A program made the position numbers and the translations under genes. The notes under the pieces are model-generated. The model was not told where the DNA came from and did no database searches. It worked only from the letters and a program-made list of their open reading frames with translations. From the NCBI GenBank assembly GCA_963832165.1, contig CAWHTE010000004.1, positions 128,001 to 192,000 of the forward strand: 64,000 bases of DNA, written 5' to 3'. The DNA comes from an uncultured delta proteobacterium (lineage in GTDB: Bacteria; Myxococcota_A; UBA9160; SMWR01). This document shows, piece after piece, positions 40,606 through 48,962 of the stretch (position 1 is its first letter; every line of letters starts with the position of its first letter).

Positions 40606-41388
40606 CTACAGCTCCGCGACGACGTGGCCGCCGTCGACGACGATCGTGGAGCCCGTCATCCAGGCGGAGGCGTCGGACGCGAGCAGGAGTAGCGGGCCGT
40701 CGAGGTCTTCGAACCGCCCATAGCGGCGCATCGGGATCCCCTTCTCGAACGCCTCGGACAGCGGGCTCTCGAGCAGCACGCGGGAGACGTCGGTGAGGAT
40801 GTAGCCCGGCGCGAGCGCGTTCACGCGGATCCCGAACTTGGCGCCCTCGAGCGCCATCACCTCGGTCGCCTTGACCAGGGCCGCCTTCGAGACCGCGTAC
40901 GGAAACTGCCCCTTGATGGTCCGGAACGCCGAGATCGAGGCGATGTTGACGATGTTGCCGCCTGTTTTTCGCGCAGCGACGCGCTCGGTGTAGAGCTTCG
41001 AGCCGAGCCAGACGCTCTTGAGGTTGGTGTCGAGCACGGAGTCCCAGTCGCCTTCATCAATCATGGCGTAGGTCTTGGGGCCAGGCTCGATGCCCGCGTT
41101 GTTCACGAGCACGTCGAGCGAACCGAACTCGTCCCAGGCGGCGTCGAGGAAGTGCGCGAGGCTCGCGGAATCGAGCACGTCGAGCGCGACGCCGTGCGCC
41201 TGCGCACCCGCGCTGCGCAGCTCTTCCACGCGCTCGGCGATCTTCTCCACGCGCCGCGCACCCAGCACGACGCGGGCCCCGGCCGATGCGAGGACGCCCG
41301 CGAAGTGGTGCCCGAACCCCGAGGACGCACCCGTGATCGCGACGGTCTTGCCGTCCAGGCGGAAGCGATCGAGGGGCGCGGTCGCCAT
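40606..41388 (-). CDS. Short-chain dehydrogenase/reductase
   Basis: TGASSGFG, NNAG, YAVSK, NALAPG, VDGG. Confidence 0.93.
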   Translation of the reverse strand: MATAPLDRFRLDGKTVAITGASSGFGHHFAGVLASAGARVVLGARRVEKIAERVEELRSAGAQAHGVALDVLDSASLAHFLDAAWDEFGSLDVLVNNAGIEPGPKTYAMIDEGDWDSVLDTNLKSVWLGSKLYTERVAARKTGGNIVNIASISAFRTIKGQFPYAVSKAALVKATEVMALEGAKFGIRVNALAPGYILTDVSRVLLESPLSEAFEKGIPMRRYGRFEDLDGPLLLLASDASAWMTGSTIVVDGGHVVAEL

Positions 41389-41417
41389 GCGTGCGGGTCT
41401 ATTCTAATCGTCTCGGT

Positions 41418-42113
41418 ATGAACCGGCTCCTCGATGTGACGACTTCCGTGTTCACGACCATTGGGCGCCTCGGCAGCGGCGCACGGGTGGGGGCGCTCGG
41501 CGCGAGGCCGGCGCGTCCTCTCGAGCTCTACGAGTTCGAGGCGTGTCCGTTCTGCCGCAAGGTGCGCGAGGCGCTCTCGATCCTCGATCTCGCGGCGATC
41601 GTGTATCCGTGCCCGAAGGGCGGCCCGACCTGGCGTCCCCGGGTGCGCGCCCAGGGTGGTCGCGAGCTGTTCCCGTACCTGGTCGACCCGAACACTGGCA
41701 AGGCGATGTACGAGTCGAGTGACATCGTCCGATATCTGTTCGCCGAGTACGGAGACGGGCGTGTGCCGCTCGCGCTGGGCGCCGGGGTGCTCACGGATGC
41801 GTCGTCGATCGTTTCCGGGTTGTGGCGCCTCGGGGAAGGCAGCCGGTACCGGCGCGCGCGCGTCCCCGAGCAGTTCCTCGAGCTCTACTCGTTCGAGGCG
41901 TCGCCGTTCAGCCGCATCGTGCGCGAGGAGCTCTCCAGCCTCGAGCTCGCGTACCGCCTCCGCAACGTCGCCGCGGGCAGCGAGCATCGCGAAGCGTTCG
42001 TCGCGCGTTCGGGCAAGATGATGGTGCCGTGGCTCGCAGATCCGAACACGGGCATCGAGATGTTCGAGTCGGCGGACATCGTCGCGTATCTGAACGAGAC
42101 CTACGCGCTGTAA
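41418..42113 (+). CDS. Tandem glutathione S-transferase N-terminal (thioredoxin-like) domain protein
   Basis: Two repeats: FEACPFCRKVRE...PYLVDPNTG...ESSDI and FEASPFSRIVRE...PWLADPNTG...ESADI. Confidence 0.88.
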   Translation: MNRLLDVTTSVFTTIGRLGSGARVGALGARPARPLELYEFEACPFCRKVREALSILDLAAIVYPCPKGGPTWRPRVRAQGGRELFPYLVDPNTGKAMYESSDIVRYLFAEYGDGRVPLALGAGVLTDASSIVSGLWRLGEGSRYRRARVPEQFLELYSFEASPFSRIVREELSSLELAYRLRNVAAGSEHREAFVARSGKMMVPWLADPNTGIEMFESADIVAYLNETYAL

Positions 42114-42245
42114 TCGTCACGTGCCGAGCAGTTCAGGGGCGCGCTGCCGCGCGCCGCCGCCCGACAGGCCGAGGCCCGTGCGCGATCGCATGAGCTCGTC
42201 ATCGGTGCGGCCGTGGCGCGCCCGAGCGTAGTACTCTCCGACGCG

Positions 42246-43089
42246 ATGTCGGATCCGGATCCGGGCCTCCGCGTCGTCGACGGCGAGATGGACCAGGTGG
42301 CCCTTCACGCGCTGCCGGCCGGCGAGGTCGCCGTGTTCAGCTGCCGCTCGCCGGGCCGCGAGGGTCCGAACGAGGACTCGGCCGCGGTGCTCCCGTTCGG
42401 TGACGGCGCCTGCGTGCTCGCGGTAGCGGACGGCCTGGGCGGCGGCCGCTCAGGTGCGCGCGCCTCTGCGCTCGCGATCGAGGCTCTTGCCGCGGCGCTG
42501 GTCGAGGCGCAGCGCGAGCAGTGGCCGATTCGCACCGCGATCCTGAACGGGATCGAGCGCGCGAACGAGGCGATTCGTGGACTCGGGATCGGCGCGTGCA
42601 CGACGCTCTCGGCGGTCGAGGTCGCAGACGGAGCGATCCGCCCCTATCACGTGGGCGACTCGATGATCCTGCTGATCGGCCAACGCGGCCGGCTCAAGCT
42701 CCAGACGGTCGCGCACTCGCCGGTCGGCTTCGCGGTCGAAGCGGGGCTGCTCGACGAAGTCGAAGCGATGCACCACAAGGAGCGCCACCTCGTGTCGAAC
42801 GTGCTCGGCGCTCCGGACATGCGGATCGAGGTCGGCTCGCAGCAGCGGATCGCGCCTCGCGACACGCTGGTGCTCGCGAGCGACGGACTCTCGGACAACC
42901 TGCGCACCGACGAGATCGCCGCGCTGCTCCGCACGGGTCCGCTCGACGCCGCGTGCGATCGCCTCGCCGAGCTCGCGCGCGCGCGCATGTGCGCGCCATC
43001 GGAGGGCGAGCCGTCGAAGCCCGACGACCTGACGTTCGTGGCGTTCCGGTCGCAAGGAGGCCGACGAAGTCGGCCGACGCGCAGCGTAG
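42246..43089 (+). CDS. PP2C-family protein phosphatase (3' end uncertain; in-frame stop missing)
   Basis: NEDS, AVADGLGG, HVGDS, ASDGLSD, DDLT; domain ends ~43050, nearest TAG (43087-43089) is one frame off. Confidence 0.8.
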
Positions 43090-44051
43090 GCGAGCTTCGT
43101 GGAGCGCCGCTCGATCGTCGCGCGCGCGTCGCGCATCACCCGATCGATGATCTCGGCGCAGGTCGGGATGTCGTTGATGCCGCCGGCGCCCTGGCCGCAC
43201 GGCATGCACGCGCGCTCGGCCTCGAAGTCGTCCGCCTCGGCCGTGGCGAACAGCAGCACGCCTTCGCGCGCGGCCAGCGACATCTGATCCGGGAAGCGCC
43301 GGATCTCGTTCGGGCGGCGCTCCCAGTCGTCGACCCACGCGTTGCGCACCACGCGCATCGGCTTGCCCGAGTAGGAGCGCGTGATCGCCGTGTCCGCCGA
43401 GCTGATCTCGGTGATGCGCTTCTTGTAGCCCTCGTTGGCGCGCGCCTCCTGCGAAGCGATGAAGCGCGTGCCCATCCAGACGCCCTGCGCGCCGAACGCA
43501 AGCGCCGCGGCGAGCCCGCGTCCGTCGACGAATGCGCCCGCGGCCAGCACCGGAATCTTCACGGCGTCGACGATCTGCGGGATCAGCGCGACGCCGCCGA
43601 TCTGGCCCGTGTGTCCGCCGGCCTCGGTGCCCTGCGCCACCACGACGTCGCAGCCCGCTTCCTCGGCCGCGATCGCGTGGCTCACCTTGCCGCACATGCT
43701 CATCACGAGCAGGCCCGCGTCGTGACAGCGCTGGATCACGGGTCCCGGTACGCCGAGCCCCGCGATGAACGCCTTCGCGCCGCCTTCGATGATCGCGTCG
43801 ATCGACGCGAGCATGCTCTCGGGAAGGGCTGCGAGCAGATCGACGCCGAACGGCTTGTCGGTCAGGTCGCGCACTTTGCGCATCTCTTCGCGGATCCCGT
43901 CCGTGGTGGCGGCCGCCATGCCGAGCGTGCCGAAGCCGCCGGCCTCGGATACCGCGGCGCAGACGTCGGCGTAGGCGACACCGCCCATGCCCGCGAGACA
44001 GATCGGAACCTCGATGCCGAGCAGATCACAAAGGGGGGTTCGTAGATTCAT
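43086..44051 (-). CDS. Nitronate monooxygenase / FabK-like flavoprotein (3' end uncertain)
   Basis: PICLAGMG, AQGTEAGGH, LAAGAFVDGRG, MGTRF, CGQG; in-frame TAC at 43088-43086 where a stop is expected. Confidence 0.85.
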
Positions 44052-44350
44052 CGCGCGCATTGTAGCCGCAGTGAAACCCGCGCGAGGTCGAGCCTTTGCG
44101 TCTATCCCCGCCAGACGGGATCAAGGTCGGCGAATACCGGTGTTTGTTTTTGGCCCCGTTCCGTTCCGGGCGCAGGATTCTTGGAAAAGTGAATGATCGC
44201 GGGCCAGTTAAGCGCAAAGTCGCGTCTTGGAATTGCGCGCGTTGCGCTATCGTGCGTGTGTGACCAGCATCGCGCCGAGCGACACCGATGGCGCCTCGCG
44301 GGGGGCGGGTCGCCAGGACGGTTCGCACGAAGCAGGTGTGGAGGGCGCTG

Positions 44351-44584
44351 ATGAAGTCGCTGATCACGGCCATTGTTCAAGCTCTTGTTGACAAGCCCAA
44401 TGAAGTCCAGATCAAGGAAGTAATTGGCGAACACGCGCATGTGCTCGAGCTGCGCGTCGCCAAGGAAGATCTGGGCAAGGTGATCGGGAAGGGGGGAGCG
44501 CACGCTTCGGCAATCCGCACGCTGATGGCAGCGGCGAGTGGCAAGGAGAAGAAGCGCTACATCCTGGAGATCATCGAGTACTGA
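44351..44584 (+). CDS. khpA: Single KH-domain RNA-binding protein (KhpA family)
   Basis: ALVDKP, LELRVAKEDLGKVIGKGG, AIRTL, LEI. Confidence 0.88.
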   Translation: MKSLITAIVQALVDKPNEVQIKEVIGEHAHVLELRVAKEDLGKVIGKGGAHASAIRTLMAAASGKEKKRYILEIIEY

Positions 44585-44714
44585 TCCGGATTACAGGATC
44601 GCACTCGAAAGTACGGTTTCGAACTTCACCTCGCGAAAGCGGGTGATGCGCACCCACGTCGAAAATACGTGCGCGCGCGTGGGGGTTCCCGCCCGTATGC
44701 GGCGAGTCTGCATA

Positions 44715-44729
44715 CGGCACGGGGCTTGC
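44715..44729 (+). promoter_or_regulatory. Sigma-54 (-24/-12) promoter
   Basis: CGGCACGGGGCTTGC, with GG-N10-GC spacing, ~60 nt upstream of the TPR gene ATG. Confidence 0.65.
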
Positions 44730-44787
44730 GATGTGATCGGGGACACCGAATTGGGCCGCCGCCGGGCGGCGAGGAGTCCGTCCCCCG

Positions 44788-45267
44788 ATGAGCAGCCACG
44801 CCAGTGCGCAAGAGCACTTCCGCCACGGTCGCGACGATCTACGCGAGGAAGCGCTGGATCGCGCGCTCGGACATTTCCGCGCCGCGCATCGCCTCGACCC
44901 GGGCAACGCGCGCTACCGCTCCTTCTACGGTCTAGTGCTCGGACTTTGCGAGCGGCGCTGGGAGCAGGCGCTCGAGCTGTGTCGGTCCGCTGCGCGCGAG
45001 GAGTTCTTCGACCCGATCCACTACCACAACCTCGCGCGCCTCCACCTCGCATTCGGATTCAAGGCGGAGGGGCTGCGACTGCTCAAGCGCGGTCTCATGA
45101 TCGCGCCCGATCACGAGGAGAGCCTCGACGCGCTGCGCCGCCTCGGCGTGCGCCGTCGCCCGCCGCTCTCGTTCCTGCGGCGCGACAACAAGCTGAACCA
45201 GTGGCTGGGCAAGCTGCTCGACCGCGTGCGCGTGTCTCCCGAGCCCGAGCCTTCGCCGAGCGCGTAA
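44788..45267 (+). CDS. Tetratricopeptide repeat protein
   Basis: Helical repeats (AHRLDPGNARYRSFYG, YHNLARLHL...G). Confidence 0.75.
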   Translation: MSSHASAQEHFRHGRDDLREEALDRALGHFRAAHRLDPGNARYRSFYGLVLGLCERRWEQALELCRSAAREEFFDPIHYHNLARLHLAFGFKAEGLRLLKRGLMIAPDHEESLDALRRLGVRRRPPLSFLRRDNKLNQWLGKLLDRVRVSPEPEPSPSA

Positions 45268-45284
45268 CCCGCGACCGAATCGGC

Positions 45285-45377
45285 TCAGCGCTTGCGCTTG
45301 TGGCGAGCGCGCCGGAGCAGCTTGCGCTTCTTGTGCTTGCGCATCTTCTTCCGGCGCTTCTTGATGACGCTGCCCAA
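45285..45377 (-). CDS. 30-aa basic protein, bS22 / AURKAIP1-COX24 domain family
   Basis: TTG start with GAGGG RBS; MGSVIKKRRKKMRKHKKRKLLRRARHKRKR*; too short for the ORF track. Confidence 0.88.
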   Translation of the reverse strand: MGSVIKKRRKKMRKHKKRKLLRRARHKRKR

Positions 45378-45610
45378 AGGCCGTCCCTCGATGAACCGCG
45401 CGATCGCGGCGGCGACTGGTTAGTCGCTCGTCGCTGCGAAGTCAACTGCGCGCGCACATGCGGTGCGATCTGCGCGCGCACGCGATCGCGGAAATCGCAC
45501 CGCTTCGGAAACGCCGTTTGAGCGCGTACGAGCGCAGCATTTTCGGCGCGATTCCGATTCCGGGGCCGCAATTTCAGAGCGCATCGTGTTGATTTTTTTG
45601 TGATTGTGTC

Positions 45611-45640
45611 TTGACGAAGTCGAAAAGTCGGTGTTAGCGT
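45611..45640 (+). promoter_or_regulatory. Sigma-70-type promoter
   Basis: TTGACG-N18-TAGCGT with extended -10 TG; AT-rich tract upstream. Confidence 0.65.
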
Positions 45641-45651
45641 CACCCGCAAGA

Positions 45652-45819
45652 GTTGCTCTAGGCCCGCGGTTTATGGAGAGATCGAAGGCAAATTGCCTTC
45701 AAGTAGTGTGTTGAGGGCTCCGATAGGAGGCGAACCAAAGGCTGTCAGGTCCATGCGACAGCGCGGAGATTCGTTTCCGCGTCGCAACCCAGGACGCACA
45801 GCCGTGGGCAACGAGCAAT
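45652..45819 (+). ncRNA. Multi-branched structured 5' leader or ncRNA of unknown family
   Basis: Eight mutually compatible stems, several with plus-strand G-U pairs, between the promoter and the basic peptide gene. Confidence 0.55.
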
Positions 45820-45841
45820 CCAAACAGGGGGGTGTACCCGT

Positions 45842-45928
45842 ATGGCAGCTCGCAAGAAGGCCTCGAAGAAGAAGGCTCGCAAGGCCAAGAAGGCCACTCG
45901 CAAGAAGGCCCGCCGCAAGAAGCGGTAG
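45842..45928 (+). CDS. 28-aa Lys/Arg/Ala-rich peptide (histone H1 / protamine-like composition)
   Basis: MAARKKASKKKARKAKKATRKKARRKKR*; AGGGGGG RBS; all Lys codons AAG; followed by terminator. Confidence 0.75.
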   Translation: MAARKKASKKKARKAKKATRKKARRKKR

Positions 45929-45957
45929 GTCCCATCGGCCTTCTTCGGAAGGTCCGA

Positions 45958-45999
45958 GGACCCCGGCCGGCGTACTAACGCCGGCCGGGGTTTCCTTTT
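45958..45999 (+). terminator. Rho-independent terminator
   Basis: CCCCGGCCGGCGT-ACTA-ACGCCGGCCGGGG then TTTCCTTTT; preceded by a cUUCGg hairpin at 45937-45954. Confidence 0.9.
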
Positions 46000-46043
46000 G
46001 TGGAGCCGTGCTAGCTTCCGGGCCCGCTCTCAGCCCCTCGGGT

Positions 46044-46104
46044 GCAAGTTCGCGCAGCGAGCCGAAGCCGAGCGAAGCCCATCAGGTGGGCGAGCGAAGA
46101 CGAT
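46044..46104 (+). repeat. Short palindromic repeat family, copy 2
   Basis: GCAAGTTCGCGCAGCGAGCCGAAGCCGAGCGAAGCCCATCAGGTGGGCGAGCGAAGACGAT, immediately upstream of rpoZ. Confidence 0.8.
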
Positions 46105-46115
46105 AAGGGGTCCCA

Positions 46116-46325
46116 TTGGCACGAATCACGGTCGAAGACTGCACCGAGAAGGTTCCGAATCGCTTCCATCTCGTGCAGATGGCATCGATCCGGACCAAGC
46201 AGCTCAAGAAGGGCGCGCGTGCGCTCGTCGCTTCCGAGGACAACAAGGAAGTCGTCGTCGCGCTGCGCGAGATCGCGGCGGGCTTCATCAAGCCCGACTA
46301 TCCGGAAGAAGAAGCGGAAGACTGA
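46116..46325 (+). CDS. rpoZ: RNA polymerase omega subunit
   Basis: MARITVEDC...NRFHLV...ALREIAAG. Confidence 0.95.
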   Translation: MARITVEDCTEKVPNRFHLVQMASIRTKQLKKGARALVASEDNKEVVVALREIAAGFIKPDYPEEEAED

Positions 46326-46336
46326 ACGCGCAGCGT

Positions 46337-47584
46337 TCAGGCGCTGAGCGGGATCGTGAAGGCCACCGTCGTGCCGTGGCCGATGTCGCTCTGGACCGAC
46401 ACCTCGCCGCCGAGCAGCGTGATCAGGTCGCGCACGAGCGTGAGGCCGAGCCCCGCGCCGCGGTACTTCTGAGACAACGGCTCGTCGACCTGGAAGAACT
46501 CGTCGAACACGAGCCGCAGATCGTCGTGGCAGATTCCGATGCCCTCGTCCTGGATCGCCACCTGTAGCGTTCCCTCGTTCACGCGCCCGCGGATCACGAT
46601 CCGGCCCTGCGGGGTGAACTTGGCGGCGTTGTCGAGCAGCAGGAACAGGATCTGGTTCAGCTTGGTCAGGTCGGTGCGCAGGCGCGGGAACGGCTCGACC
46701 AGCTCGGTCTCGATGTGCAGCGGCTTGTCGCCGATCGAGTCCTGGATGCTGAAGATCGCCTCGTCCACGAGCTCGCGGAAGTTGACGTCCTGACACTCGA
46801 CCGGCAGCTCGCCCTGCTTGATCTTCCACAGGTCGAGGATGTTCTGGAGCGTGCGCAGGAACGCGCTGCCCTCGTCGAGCGCGCTGCGCAGCGTGGTCTT
46901 CGCGCCCTCGGAGAGCGAATCGTTCTCCCCGGTCAGCACCGCGATGATCGCCTCGATGATGCTGTTGAGCGGCGTGCGCAGCTCACGGCTCATCTTCTCG
47001 ATGAAGTCGTTCTTGAGGCGCTCGATCTTTCCGAGCTTCTCGGTACTGCGCAGTAGCTCGATGTCCTGGGCGAACAGCGCCTCGGAGAGGCGCAGCACCT
47101 CGTCGCTCTGAGCCGCGCCGTCCGGCTCGGTGGGGTCCGCCTTCGCGCTGAGCTCGGCGATGAGCCGGGCGTGATCGAAATGGATCGCGATCGTTTCGAC
47201 GATCTCCGCGACGCGGTCGATCTGCTCGGCGGTGGGCACCTCGGGCGATCCGACCACGACCGCGCCGTGCAGCTGCGATCCCGCGATCACGGGGTGCACG
47301 CGCACGCCACCCGCCGCGCGCGTGCCGAGGCCGTTCGCCTCGATCTCGCACACGCCGGTTCCGCGCATCGCCTCGAGCATGTGGGGCGCGAGCGCGACGC
47401 CCGCGGCGCGCGCCTGATCCGGCGCGGCAAATCCCGCGGCTGCGCGCAGCCGGAGGTCGTCGGGACCGCTGTCGCCGACCGCAAACACGAGCGCGACGCC
47501 ACCGCCGGTCGCGCGCGCAGCGCGCGACGCGCCAACACGCAGCGCCTGGGCCAGCGTCGGGGACGGATCTGCGGGTCCGCTCAC
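46337..47584 (-). CDS. GAF-like sensor plus histidine-kinase-like protein lacking the phospho-acceptor His
   Basis: H-box reads MSRELRTPLN; HATPase motifs DNAAKFT, DEGIGI, GAGLGL present. Confidence 0.85.
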   Translation of the reverse strand: MSGPADPSPTLAQALRVGASRAARATGGGVALVFAVGDSGPDDLRLRAAAGFAAPDQARAAGVALAPHMLEAMRGTGVCEIEANGLGTRAAGGVRVHPVIAGSQLHGAVVVGSPEVPTAEQIDRVAEIVETIAIHFDHARLIAELSAKADPTEPDGAAQSDEVLRLSEALFAQDIELLRSTEKLGKIERLKNDFIEKMSRELRTPLNSIIEAIIAVLTGENDSLSEGAKTTLRSALDEGSAFLRTLQNILDLWKIKQGELPVECQDVNFRELVDEAIFSIQDSIGDKPLHIETELVEPFPRLRTDLTKLNQILFLLLDNAAKFTPQGRIVIRGRVNEGTLQVAIQDEGIGICHDDLRLVFDEFFQVDEPLSQKYRGAGLGLTLVRDLITLLGGEVSVQSDIGHGTTVAFTIPLSA

Positions 47585-47645
47585 CTGGATCTGCCTCTCC
47601 GCTTCATGGTCTTCGCTCGCCTTCGGATCGCTGCGCGAAACTTGC
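47581..47645 (-). repeat. Short palindromic repeat family, copy 3
   Basis: Minus strand GCAAGTTTCGCGCAGCGATCCGAAGGCGAGCGAAGACCAT...CAGGTGA fills the whole pilT-kinase gap. Confidence 0.8.
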
Positions 47646-48791
47646 TCAGAAACGCTCGTCCGACTCGAGCTCCATCGGCGCGAGCACGCGCTCCACCGCG
47701 CCGCGGTCGTCCGGATCGCCGCCCTCGAGGGCGAGCTTGGTCTTGAAGTCGGTCGGATTCGAAGCCGCAGCCATCGCGGTCTCGACCGAGATCTTGTTGG
47801 CGCGCAGCAGATCGAGCAGGTGCTGGTCGAAGGTCTGCATGCCTTCGGGCCGTGCGCGCCCGATGAAATCGGTGATCTCGTGGGTTTTCGCGGGATCCTT
47901 GATGCATTCCTGGATGCTGCGCGTGCTCACCATGAGCTCGACCGCCGGCACGCGCGCGGTTCCCTTCTTGTTCGCCAACAGGCGCAGCGAGACGACCGCG
48001 CGGAGGTTGTCTGCGACGCGGGCGCGCACCTGGAGCTGCTCCTCGGCCGGAAAGAACGAGACCAGGCGGTTGATCGTGGACACGACGTCGGCGGTGTGGA
48101 TCGAGGAGAACACCATGTGCCCGGTCTCGGCCGCCTTGAGCGACGTGTCGACCGTCTGGTGATCGCGCATCTCGCCGACCATGATCACGTCGGGGTCCTG
48201 GCGCAGCGCCGAGTGGAGCGCGGACGGGAACGTGCGCGTGTCGGTGCCCACTTCGCGCTGCGTGATGATGCTCTTGTCGTGCTTGAACACGAACTCGATC
48301 GGGTCCTCGATCGTGACGATCTTGGCCTTCCGGACCTTGTTCACCTCTTCGATCATCGTCGCGAGCGTGGTCGACTTGCCCATGCCGGTTGCGCCCGTCA
48401 CGAGCACACAGCCGCGGCGGATCTGTGCGAGATCGCGCAGGACGTTCGGGAGGTTCAGCTCATCGAAAGTGCGGATCTGGAGCGGGATCACGCGCAGCAC
48501 GACGTTGTAGTAGCGGCGCTGCCGGGAGATGTTGACGCGGAAGCGGCCCTCGTTCGGGAGCTCGTAGGCGAGGTCCACCTCGTCGAAATTCATCGACGCC
48601 GTGCGCGGATCGTCCGCGAGCAACAGCCTCGCGATCGCCTCGGTGTCGGTGTCGGTGAGCACCTTGTAGCGGAGCTCGACCAGATCGCCGTTGAAGCGAT
48701 AGAGGGGCAGGTATCCGACCTGGAAATGGATGTCCGAGGCACCCTTTTCGAGGCCCAGACGCAGGAGGCGGTACAGCTTCTCCCGATCCAT
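47646..48791 (-). CDS. pilT: PilT/PilU-family type IV pilus retraction ATPase
   Basis: ASDIH, TGATGMGKSTT, TIEDPIE, QREVG, LRQDPDVIMVGEMRD, AAETGH, GMQTFDQ. Confidence 0.9.
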   Translation of the reverse strand: MDREKLYRLLRLGLEKGASDIHFQVGYLPLYRFNGDLVELRYKVLTDTDTEAIARLLLADDPRTASMNFDEVDLAYELPNEGRFRVNISRQRRYYNVVLRVIPLQIRTFDELNLPNVLRDLAQIRRGCVLVTGATGMGKSTTLATMIEEVNKVRKAKIVTIEDPIEFVFKHDKSIITQREVGTDTRTFPSALHSALRQDPDVIMVGEMRDHQTVDTSLKAAETGHMVFSSIHTADVVSTINRLVSFFPAEEQLQVRARVADNLRAVVSLRLLANKKGTARVPAVELMVSTRSIQECIKDPAKTHEITDFIGRARPEGMQTFDQHLLDLLRANKISVETAMAAASNPTDFKTKLALEGGDPDDRGAVERVLAPMELESDERF

Positions 48792-48962
48792 CGCTTCCGC
48801 ACCCTCCGCGGATAGATTCCCTGCCGAAGGCCCTCGCTCGCGGTCGGGCCCCGCATGGTTATCGGCGGATCGCGAGCCGCCTTGACCCGGAACCTGCACA
48901 TGACCCGCGCGTACCCCTCGGGAACCGCGGTCTTCGAACGACCTCCTCGCTAGACTGGCTCC

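Noticed and set aside
45674..45810. Glycine or c-di-GMP-I riboswitch resemblance (GGAGAG..GAAGG, GGCAAA, GGACGCACAGCC)
   Set aside because: Spacing and the remaining conserved elements (CUCUCAGG; GNRA loop/receptor with the P2 stem) do not fit
46116..46132. TTGGCACG as a sigma-54 promoter
   Set aside because: No TTGC at the -12 position; it is simply the rpoZ start (Met-Ala-Arg)
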